Positions 34,596 through 44,426 of a DNA stretch of 64,000 nucleotides are shown here, in pieces. The notes below the pieces were generated by a model, which was given only the letters and a program-made list of their open reading frames with translations, had not been told where the DNA came from and did no database searches. The DNA is from Acidobacteriota bacterium (lineage in GTDB: Bacteria > Acidobacteriota > UBA6911 > RPQK01 > JAJDTT01), in NCBI GenBank assembly GCA_965263035.1, contig OZ253580.1:1536001-1600000 (forward strand). Reading direction: 5' to 3'. The position numbers and the translations under genes are program-made. Every line of letters begins with the position of its first letter. The first letter of the stretch is position 1.

Positions 34596-35561
34596 ATGAA
34601 ACTGGCCACGTGCAGCCTGGGGGATCGGTCCTTCGTCGCCGTAGCCACGGACGACGGACGGGTGGTGAACCTGGTTGCCGCCGACGCCGAGCTGGCCCGG
34701 AAGGAGGAAAGGCCTCCCCACGCGTTTTTTCAGGACATGATCCACTTTCTGGAGCATGGGAGCCAAGCCCGGGAGGCTGCCGAACGGGCCGCCCGGGGAG
34801 CCGTGGAGGGATCCCAGTCCCAGCCGGACGGAGCCGCCGTGCATCGCCTTTCCGAAGTGCGTCTGCGGGCTCCGGTGGCGGTGCCCCGGAAGCTCTTCTG
34901 CCTCGCCGGCAACTTCCAGGACCACATCGAGGAAGGCGGACAGAAGATGGACTCCCAGGACAAGGAGACTCCCCGCTTCTTCATGAAGCCCGCCAGCACC
35001 TGCGTGATCGGTCCGGGGGACAGTATCCGGATTCCACCCGTGGCCCAAGCCATCGACTGGGAGGGAGAGCTGGCTGTGGTCCTGGGCCGGCGGGGCAAGC
35101 GGATCTCCCGGGACCGGGCCCTCGATTACGTCGCCGGATACACCATCATGAACGACGTGTCGGAGCGGCAGCTCAAGATCTGGCCCCGGAGCGAGGACCG
35201 CCCCCAGGACGAGTGGTTCGATTGGCTCAACGGGAAGTGGCTGGATTCCGCTGCTCCCATGGGACCCTGGATCGTCACCACCGACGAGATCGGCGATCCC
35301 CAGGACCTACAGATCAGCACCTACGTCAACGGAGACAGGAAGCAGCACAACAGCACCAGTCAGATGCTGATTCCCGTGGCCGCGCTCGTCGAGTACATCT
35401 CGGCCATCGTCACGCTGGAGCCGGGAGACGTGATCAGCACCGGCACCATCTCCGGCGTCGGAAACGTCAGCGGGGAGTTCCTCAAGCCGGGGGACCAGGT
35501 GGAGATCAAAATCTCGAAAATCGGCGTTCTGGGAAACCCGGTTGCCGCAAGCTCCAGCTAG
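34596..35561 (+). CDS. Fumarylacetoacetate hydrolase family protein
   Basis: DWEGEL, NDVSER, GK, PMGPW and LEPGDVISTGT. Confidence 0.9.
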   Translation: MKLATCSLGDRSFVAVATDDGRVVNLVAADAELARKEERPPHAFFQDMIHFLEHGSQAREAAERAARGAVEGSQSQPDGAAVHRLSEVRLRAPVAVPRKLFCLAGNFQDHIEEGGQKMDSQDKETPRFFMKPASTCVIGPGDSIRIPPVAQAIDWEGELAVVLGRRGKRISRDRALDYVAGYTIMNDVSERQLKIWPRSEDRPQDEWFDWLNGKWLDSAAPMGPWIVTTDEIGDPQDLQISTYVNGDRKQHNSTSQMLIPVAALVEYISAIVTLEPGDVISTGTISGVGNVSGEFLKPGDQVEIKISKIGVLGNPVAASSS

Positions 35562-35605
35562 CCGTCCGCCGGCGCACCGTTTGTCAATCCTGATTCGCAT
35601 TCGAG

Positions 35606-36127
35606 GTGGAGGTAATTACGGCTCGATATATCGAAATCACTCTCAAGAAGCGCGGGATCAGTTGCGTCGCCCGTCTCCTGGACGAGAAGGCGCCCCGGAC
35701 CTGCGAGGCGGTCTGGAATGCCCTGCCCCAGGAGGGGGACGTGTACCACGCCAAGTACGCCAGCAACGAGATCTACATCCTGGTCCCCGCCTTTGCTCCC
35801 GAGGAGCCGGGCCCAGAGAACTGTTCGATGGTTCCGGCGGCCGGAGACGTCATGTATTTCACGCTGGACTCCGGCATCCAACTGCCGGTCCGGTCCGAAT
35901 CGGGGGCTCCGGTCATCGATCTGGCCGTGTTCTACGATCGGGACAATCTGCTCCTCTCGCCCAAAATGGGGCCGACGCCAGGAAACGTCTTCGCCACCAT
36001 CATCAAGAACGGGGACGCCGTGCGCGACGGGGGTAACAGCGTCTGGCGCGAAGGGGCGGTGGGAGAGACTCTGGCCTACAGCCGGCTGGAGGGCGAGGCG
36101 TTGCGCGCCTGGGGCATCGAGCCGTAG
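35606..36127 (+). CDS. DUF3830 (cyclophilin-like fold) protein
   Basis: LLDEKAPRTC, HAKYASNEIY, PEN and FYDR motifs. Confidence 0.75.
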   Translation: MEVITARYIEITLKKRGISCVARLLDEKAPRTCEAVWNALPQEGDVYHAKYASNEIYILVPAFAPEEPGPENCSMVPAAGDVMYFTLDSGIQLPVRSESGAPVIDLAVFYDRDNLLLSPKMGPTPGNVFATIIKNGDAVRDGGNSVWREGAVGETLAYSRLEGEALRAWGIEP

Positions 36128-36166
36128 GTTCGATCGGTACGATCCAGTCCGCGGAGACGCGCCGCA

Positions 36167-37120
36167 TCAGATCTCGATTCCGGGCCAGGCTTGGCGAATC
36201 CGCTCTTCCAGGATCGACTCCGAAGCCGGTTTCTCCAGCCGTAGGCGAGCGGTCGCATCCTTGCCCAGAGCGTCGCGTGGGGCCAAGCCCACGATCTCCG
36301 AGGAGGAGATCCGGGTGCCCAACTCGCGGGCGTGTTGGTCCACAGTCTCGAAGAGCCGAACCAGTGACGTCCTACGATAACCGGTGAGATTGGTGCTGAC
36401 CTGCGCCCGATTCCGGCTCGCCACCCACAACCCCAGCGCCTTGACGCCGGGCAGGCCGCCGTCCCGTTCGCGGATCCGGGCGGCCACTTTCCGCGCCGCG
36501 TTCAGGTCCGGATCTTCGAGGTACATGTTGAAGGCGATCAGATAGTCCCGCGCTCCGATGCAACTGACTCCGGCCGTCGGATGGGGCCGAGCGGGTCCGA
36601 AGTCGGGCGCCCAGGCCGGGTCCCCCGCCATCCGCCGGCGCAGCGGCTCCAGACCTCCCCGCCGCAGGTCCGCCAGGGATCTTCGCTCCGGACGGGTCGC
36701 CGCCTGCTCATAGAGGTAGACCGGAAGCTGGATCTCTTCCCCCAGAGCTTTCCCCAGCCGCCGAGCGGTCCGGATGCAGCCGGACATGGAGACGCCGCGG
36801 ATGGGCACGAACGGAATGACGTCCACGGCGCCGATCCGGGGATGGACACCTCGATGCCGGGACAGATCCAGGAGGTCGACGGCTCGGCGGCAGAGAGCCG
36901 CCGCCGCCGCCTCAAGGCCTGGAAGGGAGCCCGCCAACGTGAAGACGGTCCGATGGTGGTCGACGTCGGCGTCCCAGTCGAGCACCGTGGCGCCGGGCGT
37001 CTCGGCCGCCGCCCGGGCCAGTTTCCGGAGACAGGCCCGGTCGCGGCCCTCGCTGACGTTGATCACGCACTCGGCCAGCTGAGGCGGCGCTTCGCCACCG
37101 CGGTTGTCGTGTTTTCGCAT
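36167..37120 (-). CDS. Glutamate formimidoyltransferase (formiminotransferase domain only)
   Basis: ECVINVSEGR, DVDHHRTV, HRGVHPRIGAVDVIPF and GARDYLIAFN; AGGGG before ATG 37120. Confidence 0.9.
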   Translation of the reverse strand: MRKHDNRGGEAPPQLAECVINVSEGRDRACLRKLARAAAETPGATVLDWDADVDHHRTVFTLAGSLPGLEAAAAALCRRAVDLLDLSRHRGVHPRIGAVDVIPFVPIRGVSMSGCIRTARRLGKALGEEIQLPVYLYEQAATRPERRSLADLRRGGLEPLRRRMAGDPAWAPDFGPARPHPTAGVSCIGARDYLIAFNMYLEDPDLNAARKVAARIRERDGGLPGVKALGLWVASRNRAQVSTNLTGYRRTSLVRLFETVDQHARELGTRISSSEIVGLAPRDALGKDATARLRLEKPASESILEERIRQAWPGIEI

Positions 37121-38125
37121 ATCCCCTGAGATCCTCCAGGGCAGTCTATTACCAGTCCGTGGCGGTCCTCCAGTAGGGGCGCCCCTGGTGGGCGCCCTCT
37201 TTGATCTGCGGAGTTGGGGCGGTGTAGAGGGGGGACTAGCATCCCCCCTACCCCCCCTAGTCGGCGACAAGAAAGTCGCCGCTCCCAGGTGTTCCCCCGG
37301 CAACGGTACCCGGGCTACCGTCAGGACCAGGATTCGACCGGCTTTGCCGTCCCGCTTGAGGACCTTTGAGATCTCGTGGGAGGTGGCGCCCGTGGTCAGG
37401 ATGTCGTCCACCAGCACCAGATCCGCTCCCGAGATTCGGTGTCCCTGCCGGAGCCGGAAGGCGTTGCGGACGTTCCTCCTTCGAGCCTTCAGGTCGAGTC
37501 CGAACTGGGGCAGGGTCGGACGCGACCTGCGCAGGCCCGGGAACACCGGCAGATCCAGTCTTCGGCCCAAGATTCGAGTCAGGAGGAGCGTCTGGTCGAA
37601 TCCCCGTTTTCTCCTGCGCCGAGGATGGGACGGAACCGGTACCAGCCAGGAAGGGGAGAAGGGATCGGGCCGCTTCCGGTAGGCTTTCTCGAGCAGGGAC
37701 GCCAGAGGATGCGCCAGGCGGCGATAGCCGGAGAACTTGAAGCGATGGATCAACTTCCTCAAGTTTCCAGTGTACGGACCCCACGCGCGGGCCGAGTGAT
37801 GAAAGGTCCGCGTCCGCCGACACGACGCGCAGAGTCCCAGGTCCCCTGGATCTTTCTCCCGATCCGGAACCGGAAAATCCCCGGCGGGTGCAGGCCCGCC
37901 ACATATCGGGCAGAGGCGGCTCCGGAACCGAGGCAGTTGCAGGAAACACTCGGCACAAAGGGGTCTGGCGTCCGGATTGGCGACCCAACGGCGGCATAGG
38001 ACGCAGCTTTGGGGGAAAAAGAGGACCTGGAGTCCCTGGAAGAGCCGCGCGCTCAGAGTCCACCGGGATCGCTCCAGAGCCGTGGCCCCAGTGGCGTCGG
38101 ACCTGGATTCCGGACCGGAAGACAC
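36167..38125 (-). CDS. ComF family protein (Zn ribbon plus PRTase), open in frame into the formiminotransferase
   Basis: Four CxxC pairs, RGFDQ, VDDILTTGAT; no stop after LTVARV. Confidence 0.75.
   Translation of the reverse strand: MSSGPESRSDATGATALERSRWTLSARLFQGLQVLFFPQSCVLCRRWVANPDARPLCAECFLQLPRFRSRLCPICGGPAPAGDFPVPDREKDPGDLGLCASCRRTRTFHHSARAWGPYTGNLRKLIHRFKFSGYRRLAHPLASLLEKAYRKRPDPFSPSWLVPVPSHPRRRRKRGFDQTLLLTRILGRRLDLPVFPGLRRSRPTLPQFGLDLKARRRNVRNAFRLRQGHRISGADLVLVDDILTTGATSHEISKVLKRDGKAGRILVLTVARVPLPGEHLGAATFLSPTRGGRGDASPPSTPPQLRRSKRAPTRGAPTGGPPRTGNRLPWRISGDMRKHDNRGGEAPPQLAECVINVSEGRDRACLRKLARAAAETPGATVLDWDADVDHHRTVFTLAGSLPGLEAAAAALCRRAVDLLDLSRHRGVHPRIGAVDVIPFVPIRGVSMSGCIRTARRLGKALGEEIQLPVYLYEQAATRPERRSLADLRRGGLEPLRRRMAGDPAWAPDFGPARPHPTAGVSCIGARDYLIAFNMYLEDPDLNAARKVAARIRERDGGLPGVKALGLWVASRNRAQVSTNLTGYRRTSLVRLFETVDQHARELGTRISSSEIVGLAPRDALGKDATARLRLEKPASESILEERIRQAWPGIEI
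37173..37287. repeat. REP-like hairpins between comF and the formiminotransferase gene
   Basis: GTAGGGGCGCCCCTGGTGGGCGCCC (37173-37197); 42-bp segment 37246-37287 matching 51643-51684. Confidence 0.7.
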
Positions 38126-38188
38126 ACTGAATGAAACGTCCGATCCGGAAATCCTGCGAAGAGAATCAGGAATTCCCCAGGGAGTGGG

Positions 38189-38548
38189 TCAGGAGAGTCG
38201 ACCCGACTCCTTGAGTTCCTGACAGTGGACGCAGAGCAGCGCCCAGGGCACAGCCTCCAGCCGTCTGCGCCCCACCGTGTCGCCACAGTGGGTGCATTCA
38301 CCATAAGAGCCGTCCTGGATTCGTTCCAGAGCCTCCTCAACCAGAATGATCAATTGCCGTTCCAGGTTGCTGAGGCTGAACATGAACTCTTTGGTGTAGG
38401 ACTTGGAGGCCCGATCCCCCATGTCCATGACCTCGCCTTCTCCGTCCATCTTCCGGCCGTAACTCTCGGCCTTGTGGACGACGTCGATGAGTTCCGTTTT
38501 CTTTTCCAGGAGCTGTTTCTTGAAGTAGTCCAGGTCTCTGGATGTCAT
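38189..38548 (-). CDS. TraR/DksA family transcriptional regulator
   Basis: DMGDRAS; YGECTHC...LCVHC Zn finger; GGAGG RBS. Confidence 0.9.
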   Translation of the reverse strand: MTSRDLDYFKKQLLEKKTELIDVVHKAESYGRKMDGEGEVMDMGDRASKSYTKEFMFSLSNLERQLIILVEEALERIQDGSYGECTHCGDTVGRRRLEAVPWALLCVHCQELKESGRLS

Positions 38549-38657
38549 GCCAAACCTCCACTACTTGTATCACTCAATATACGACAAGCTCCGAAAAAGG
38601 TTCGGGTTCCGGTGTGACGGGGGCAGCCGGGGGCCGCGGATCGCCGAAATTTGTGGA

Positions 38658-39014
38658 TCAGGCCGGCGGAGTGAGCGCCAGCAACCGGCCGTCGCTCCAC
38701 AGTTTCTCCAATTGGTAGAAGGCTCGTGCACGTAACGAAAAGATGTGAACCACGAAGTCCAGATAGTCAAGAAGTATCCACTCGCCTCCTTTGTACCCCT
38801 CGATATGCGTGGGCCGGACCTTCTCCTGGTTCCTCAGACGATGCCGGATCTCGTCGCAGATCGCCTGATTCTGTCGCTGGTTGTTCCCCTGGCAGATCAC
38901 GAAGAAGTCGGTGAAAGACGAGATCTCGGAAATGTCCACGACCTGGACATCCTCTCCCTTCTTTTCTTGAATCGACTCACAGACCAGGGTCAGCAATTCT
39001 CTTGTTGTCTTCAT
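38658..39014 (-). CDS. rsfS: Ribosome silencing factor
   Basis: KKGED, WILLDY.DFVVHIF and FYQLEKLW. Confidence 0.93.
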   Translation of the reverse strand: MKTTRELLTLVCESIQEKKGEDVQVVDISEISSFTDFFVICQGNNQRQNQAICDEIRHRLRNQEKVRPTHIEGYKGGEWILLDYLDFVVHIFSLRARAFYQLEKLWSDGRLLALTPPA

Positions 39015-39639
39015 AGAGATGGTACTTCCGAATGTACTGCAAAACCTTGGGAGAAATCTCGCCGGAAAGGGGACGGCCCCTTCCGGCGAGGCTCTCCCGG
39101 ACCTGGCTCGAGCTGATGTCGGGCGCCCCGATGTCCACCAGGAAGGAGCTTCCCGGACGGATCTCCGGACTTGAGGAACCTCCTGCCGTGACCTTTTCCA
39201 GCCGTATTTCCGGAAAGAGGGCGGTATCGACCCGTGCTCCCGCCCGCTGCACGAAGACACAGCAGTTGTCCCGCAGGAGGACCGAATGGTTCTTCCAGAT
39301 GTGAATTTCCCTCAACGAGTCGCTTCCACCAATGAAGCAGAAACGGTGCCGGGGGTAGCGCTCGCGCAAAAGTGCCATGGTCTGGACGGTGTAACTGGGA
39401 CCGCGGCGCCGGAGCTCGAAGTCGGAAGCGTAAAGGTGGGACTCCTCCAGGGTCTCAAGCACGACCATGGCAAGGCGGTGATGCTGCGCAGCCACCCCGT
39501 TCCTTGGCTTGTGGGGAGGCAGACGGGACACCATAAGGAGGACCCGGTCCAGCGCCAGCAGGCGCAGGACCTGGTTGGCAATATAGGTATGCCCCCGGTG
39601 GACAGGGTCGAAGGTGCCCCCGTAAATCCCGACCCTCAA
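38977..39639 (-). CDS. nadD: Nicotinate-nucleotide adenylyltransferase
   Basis: [19 protein letters not shown] and ISSSQVR. Confidence 0.93.
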   Translation of the reverse strand: MRVGIYGGTFDPVHRGHTYIANQVLRLLALDRVLLMVSRLPPHKPRNGVAAQHHRLAMVVLETLEESHLYASDFELRRRGPSYTVQTMALLRERYPRHRFCFIGGSDSLREIHIWKNHSVLLRDNCCVFVQRAGARVDTALFPEIRLEKVTAGGSSSPEIRPGSSFLVDIGAPDISSSQVRESLAGRGRPLSGEISPKVLQYIRKYHLYEDNKRIADPGL

Positions 39640-40637
39640 CCCCTGACGACTCCCAACTGCTCTGCCAAAGACCGCTTCAATTCCTGGATTCCATCACCCC
39701 GCACCGACGAGATGCATCCAAAGGGAACACCTTCCCGGGAACAGTACTCCTGGAGTCTCCTCACCTTTGCCAGGTTGGCGGCATCCATCTTCGAAGCCGC
39801 CACCATCTGAGGCTTGGCCGGCAGGGCGGCCCCATAGAGTTCCAATTCCTCCTGAACCGTCTGCACCGCATTGACGGGGTCCTCCGGGCCGAAGTCCGTG
39901 ACGTCCACCAGATGAAGCAGGATACGGCAGCGTTCGATGTGCCTCAGAAACTGGTCCCCCAGACCGTGACCTTCGTGGGCGCCTTTGATCAGGCCGGGGA
40001 TGTCGGCGACGACGCAGGTCCGAAAACCTTCCAGCGAAACCGTTCCCAGATTGGGCGTCAGAGTGGTGAAAGGGTAGTCGGCGATCTTGGGGCGAGCCGA
40101 GGAGATCACCGAGATCAGAGTCGATTTCCCGGCGTTGGGCAGCCCGACCAGCCCGACGTCGGCCAGCACCTTGAGTTCCAGGAGAAGATGCTTTTCCTCT
40201 CCCGCCCTGCCGGATTCCCACTTTCTGGGAGCTTGATTGGTGGAAGTGGCGAAGGCCGCATTGCCGCGCCCGCCCCGGCCCCCCTTGGCCACCAGACGAT
40301 TGCGATCCGGTTGGTCCAGATCGAACAAGAGCTCGCGTGTGCTCTCGAGATAGATCTGCGTGCCGACGGGAAGATCGATGACCAGATCCTTGCCGTTCTT
40401 TCCATGACGCTGGGAACCGGAGCCATGAGAGCCGCTGCCGGCTTTGAACTCCCGCTTGTAGCGGAACGGCAGCAGGGTGTTCAGGTGGTTGGTGCTGCGG
40501 AAGTAGACGCTCCCACCATCGCCGCCGTCACCGCCGCTGGGTCCTCCCCGGGGAACGAACTTCTCCCGGCGAAACGCCAGGCAACCGTTTCCCCCGTCCC
40601 CGGCTTTGACGAAAACTTTGGTGTGGTCCAGAAACAT
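39636..40637 (-). CDS. obgE: GTPase ObgE
   Basis: [23 protein letters not shown] and DIPGLI. Confidence 0.96.
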   Translation of the reverse strand: MFLDHTKVFVKAGDGGNGCLAFRREKFVPRGGPSGGDGGDGGSVYFRSTNHLNTLLPFRYKREFKAGSGSHGSGSQRHGKNGKDLVIDLPVGTQIYLESTRELLFDLDQPDRNRLVAKGGRGGRGNAAFATSTNQAPRKWESGRAGEEKHLLLELKVLADVGLVGLPNAGKSTLISVISSARPKIADYPFTTLTPNLGTVSLEGFRTCVVADIPGLIKGAHEGHGLGDQFLRHIERCRILLHLVDVTDFGPEDPVNAVQTVQEELELYGAALPAKPQMVAASKMDAANLAKVRRLQEYCSREGVPFGCISSVRGDGIQELKRSLAEQLGVVRG

Positions 40638-40689
40638 GCACGAAAGTGGAGATCCAGAGTCCGATCTCCGGAATTCTGCGGGCTGGCAG

Positions 40690-40941
40690 CTAGCTGATAA
40701 TGTGAACGAATCGCCCCCGCCGTCCCTGGCGCTGGAACCGGACTTTACCTGTAGTGCGGGCGAAAAGGGTGTCGTCGCGGCCCCGGCCCACATTGGTGCC
40801 GGGCTTGATGGGCGTCCCTCGCTGGCGGACCAGAATCGACCCGGCCGTCACCAACTGGCCGTCGAACCGTTTGACGCCGAGTCGCTTGGAATGGCTGTCC
40901 CGGCCGTTTCGGGAACTGCCCAAACCCTTCTTGTGTGCCAT
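40690..40941 (-). CDS. rpmA: 50S ribosomal protein L27
   Basis: [16 protein letters not shown]. Confidence 0.97.
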   Translation of the reverse strand: MAHKKGLGSSRNGRDSHSKRLGVKRFDGQLVTAGSILVRQRGTPIKPGTNVGRGRDDTLFARTTGKVRFQRQGRRGRFVHIIS

Positions 40942-40946
40942 GGCGT

Positions 40947-41282
40947 CTACTCCCGGACCGGACTCTCGTTTCCGATCCGAATGGGCCCGATCTCCACCTC
41001 GGTGAAGCGCTGGCGATGACCTTGCTTGCTTCGATACATCTTGCGGCGTTTGAACTTGAAGACCGTGACCTTCCGATCCTTACCCTGCTCGACGATGGTC
41101 CCGGTGACGCGGACGTCACTCAGAAACGGTGTGCCGACTTCGGTCGAATCCGGATGACCGACCAGCAACACGTCCTCCAGGCTGACCTCATCGCCCACTT
41201 CTCCGGCGATGCTCTCCAGCCGGACCCGGTCCCCTTCGGCGACTCGATACTGTTTCCCGCCGCTATGAATGATTGCGTACAA
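40947..41282 (-). CDS. rplU: 50S ribosomal protein L21
   Basis: [13 protein letters not shown] and GHRQ; TTG start. Confidence 0.96.
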   Translation of the reverse strand: MYAIIHSGGKQYRVAEGDRVRLESIAGEVGDEVSLEDVLLVGHPDSTEVGTPFLSDVRVTGTIVEQGKDRKVTVFKFKRRKMYRSKQGHRQRFTEVEIGPIRIGNESPVRE

Positions 41283-41319
41283 ATCGATTCTCCCGGATCG
41301 ACGTTCTCAGAAGTTGCTT

Positions 41320-41348
41320 AGTATATTTGCGAACCTCGATCCTGTCAA
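41320..41348 (-). promoter_or_regulatory. sigma70 promoter of rplU-rpmA-obgE
   Basis: TTGACA-N17-TATACT. Confidence 0.7.
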
Positions 41349-41439
41349 AAATCCACGCCCCGCAAGGTGCCCCGCCGGAATCGGTCAGGTACCCGATCGC
41401 CGCTCTGGTGGCCGGCCTTTCACCATCGTCTCGCGTGGA

Positions 41440-42689
41440 TCACATCCTCCAGAAGGGCCGCGTGAAGAGCACCAGGAGCGTGTAGAACTCGAGGCGGCCT
41501 GCGAGCATGCAGATGCTCAGGACCCATTTTGCCGCCGCCGGAAGTCCGGCGTAGTTTTCGTCGGGGCCGACCTGTCCCAATCCGGGGCCGATGTATGAAC
41601 ATGCAGGCCGCCACCGCGGAAATGGTGGTGAGCACGTCCATTCCAAGGGCGGCAAGACACATGCAGGCCACGAAGTTCACCAGGAACGCGAGATAGACCA
41701 AGTTGAGCAGACTCCGGATCGTCTTCTCCGGGATCGCTCTCCCGCCAAAGCGAACGGCAAAGACGCCGCGAGGCTCCACCAACTGGCGAAACTCCCGGCC
41801 CACGACCCGAAACAGGACCCCGATGCGCGCCACCTTCATGCCTCCCGCCGTCGAGCCGGTGCACCCGCCCACGAACATGAGCACCAACAGCAGGAGCTGG
41901 GCGAACGGGCTCCACGCCTGAAAGTCGGCCGAGGAGAATCCGGTCGTCGTCATAATGGAGACGACCTGGAAGGACGCCAACCTCAAGGACTCCCCGAGAG
42001 AGTACTCGGAAGCCTGTAGCAAGGTTGCCGACATGGCCGCCGTCATGACCCCGATGACGATCAGATACAGGCGCAGTTCCACGTCTCCCCAGAAGAAAGA
42101 GACCCTGCGTTCCACCAACAGGCGGTAGTGCCGGGTGAAATTGATGCCGGCCAGGACCATGAAGACCACGATGACGATTTCCAGGACAAGATTGCCAAAG
42201 GCTTCGATGCTTCCGTTACGCGTGGAGAAACCGCCCGTGGCCATGGTGGAAAAGGCGTGGCACAGAGCGTCGAATTTCCCCATTCCATTCCAGCCAATCT
42301 CAGAGCCACGTAACTGGCCAGCGTGAACGCGATGTAGATCTTCCACAGAGCCACCGCGGTCTCCGCGATTCGGGGCCTCAGCCGTTCCGAACGGGCTCCC
42401 GAGAACTCGGCCCGGTAGAGTTCCCGGCCGCCGGCCCCGATCAGGGGAAGAATGGCGATCCCCAGCAGGATGATGCCCATCCCGCCCAGCCAGTGGGTCA
42501 ACGAGCGCCAGAGCAGCAGGCTGGCCGGAAGGGCCTCCACGTCCGCCAGGACCGTGGCCCCCGTCGTGGAGAAACCGGAGACGGACTCGAAGACCGAATC
42601 GGCGAGACTGGGGAAATGGGGAGAAAAATAGAAGGGGAGAGCCCCCAGAAAAGCAGCGATCAGCCACGTGGCCACCACCAGGACCAACC
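41440..42689 (-). pseudogene. trkH: TrkH potassium uptake protein, N-truncated with two frameshifts
   Basis: FESVSGFSTTG, STMATGGF, TTTG and GRLE split over three reading segments. Confidence 0.85.
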
Positions 42690-43483
42690 AAATTCTTCTC
42701 GAAGAGCTTGACCTGGACCCCCTACCGCTCCAAACGGAGGGCCGCTTCGACCCCCAGTTGTCTGCCGCCCACGATGAAGACCCGCTCCACCTTCTTCGGA
42801 AGTGGGACTCCCATGAACCGGAAGACCGACTCCGTCTCCGCGGCAGGCGCCACGATGTAGACTTGGTCTCCAGCCTGAAGTCTGTCGCCGCCCCTCGGAA
42901 TGAAGGTCTGCCGTCCGCGGAAGATGATCGCCATCAAAGAGTTCTTGGGCGGGGAGCTCCGATCCAGTTCGGCCATGCTCTTCCCCACCACCCAACTGTC
43001 CTGCTCGATGTTCATCCCGAAGAGCCGCACCCGGCCTTCGGCGAACTCCAACACGTCGGAGATGCCCGGCAGTCCGATCACGCGAAGAATGCGCTCCGCC
43101 GTCTCCTGGTCGGGGTTGATGACCAGATCCACGTTCAAGCGAGAGCTGTCGAAGATCTCCTTCCAGCGATAGACCTCGTGGGTCCGGAGGCGCGCCACCT
43201 TGATCTTGACGTTGGAGTGCCGTTGAGCGATCAGGCACCCGAGAATGTTGGCTTCGTCGCTGCTGGTGACGGCGATCAGCATTTCGGCTTCCCGGATGCC
43301 GGCCTGCTCCAGAGTCCGGATGCTGCTGGCGTTGCCTTGGACGATCTTGGCGTCCAGACTCTCATCCAACAGCTCGCAGCGGTCCAGGCGCTGCTCGACG
43401 ATGACGACCTCGTTCCTCTCCCGGGCGAGACGGCGGGCCACCATGGTGCCGACCGCTCCGCCACCAAGCACGATGATTCTCAT
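42690..43483 (-). pseudogene. trkA: TrkA potassium uptake NAD-binding subunit, truncated
   Basis: GGGAVG RCK_N; TAG at 42722-42724 followed by GVQVKLFEK, then abrupt junction with trkH. Confidence 0.82.
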
Positions 43484-43497
43484 TGGGTTCGGAGCAC

Positions 43498-44154
43498 CTA
43501 CGGTTCGGATCTGAGCAACTCGACGGAGGATCGAGGTCTGCCCAGCCAGCGGAACGACGAGATCAACTGCCGGAATATGGGAAGAACTTCCGAGACCGAA
43601 GCTCCGTCTCGGGCCGACAGGACGAAGATGATGAAGTAGTCCGGGACCTCGGTAAAAGCGACGACCTCCTGCTTGCCGCCCGGACAGTCACACGATTTGG
43701 CCACGACCCTGGGCCGGGTGCGGGTCTCCGGATTCAACTCCAGGTCCAAGTGAAGGTCACTGATCTCCATTTTCGGACAGAGAACCTCCTGCCCGGCCAG
43801 TTCGGACTGCAGAAATTTCTCCAAGTCCTCTTCCTGACTCCTGGGGAAGAATCTGGAGAAGGCGACGACGTCGGCCTCTCTCCAATGCGTCCCTTCCGGG
43901 TGCATGACGAAATTGGCGACCTGAATCGCCGACCCGACGTCGATGGTCCAACCGGCAGGTTCGGTCACCAGAAAGGAATAGTCCATGCCCCTGATCCGCA
44001 GCGTCCGTCCACCTTCCAACGCCAGTACGGAACCGAGCAGGCACAAGATTGATAGACAGACCTTCAGCAGGCGGCTCGAGAAAGAGGGGTTGACCGGGAC
44101 CGGCAAGGCCCGGGCACCGGGTTGAGGGTCGAGAGGGCCGGCAGACCGATTCAT
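43498..44154 (-). CDS. Hypothetical exported protein
   Basis: Signal-like segment; co-oriented with trkA; start uncertain. Confidence 0.55.
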   Translation of the reverse strand: MNRSAGPLDPQPGARALPVPVNPSFSSRLLKVCLSILCLLGSVLALEGGRTLRIRGMDYSFLVTEPAGWTIDVGSAIQVANFVMHPEGTHWREADVVAFSRFFPRSQEEDLEKFLQSELAGQEVLCPKMEISDLHLDLELNPETRTRPRVVAKSCDCPGGKQEVVAFTEVPDYFIIFVLSARDGASVSEVLPIFRQLISSFRWLGRPRSSVELLRSEP

Positions 44155-44278
44155 CCCGGCGCCAGTCTAACAGGAAGAGGAGGAGTGGAGGAGTGAGAGA
44201 AGAAGCGGGGAATGCGGCATCTGGAGTGAAATCGTTCTGTTCGGGGGATGTTGCCGTGGCAAGGGAAGAAGGGGCGCG

Positions 44279-44307
44279 TTGAGTTTCGCCTTGCCGTTGG
44301 CTATCCT
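44279..44307 (+). promoter_or_regulatory. Putative gltA promoter
   Basis: TTGAGT-N17-TATCCT. Confidence 0.4.
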
Positions 44308-44426
44308 ATAGCCTCGTTCTGGAAGGAGACACAGAGCGCACTACCGGGCGGCGGATTCCCCAGGCTCGGCCGTCTCGTGAGCGTCTCTTTCAGATAGTTA
44401 CCCGCACCTGCCAAAAGGTAATCAGC

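Noticed and set aside
42722-42724. In-frame TAG in trkA as pyrrolysine or read-through
   Set aside because: The locus has three other lesions and no pyl genes are seen; decay is the simpler explanation
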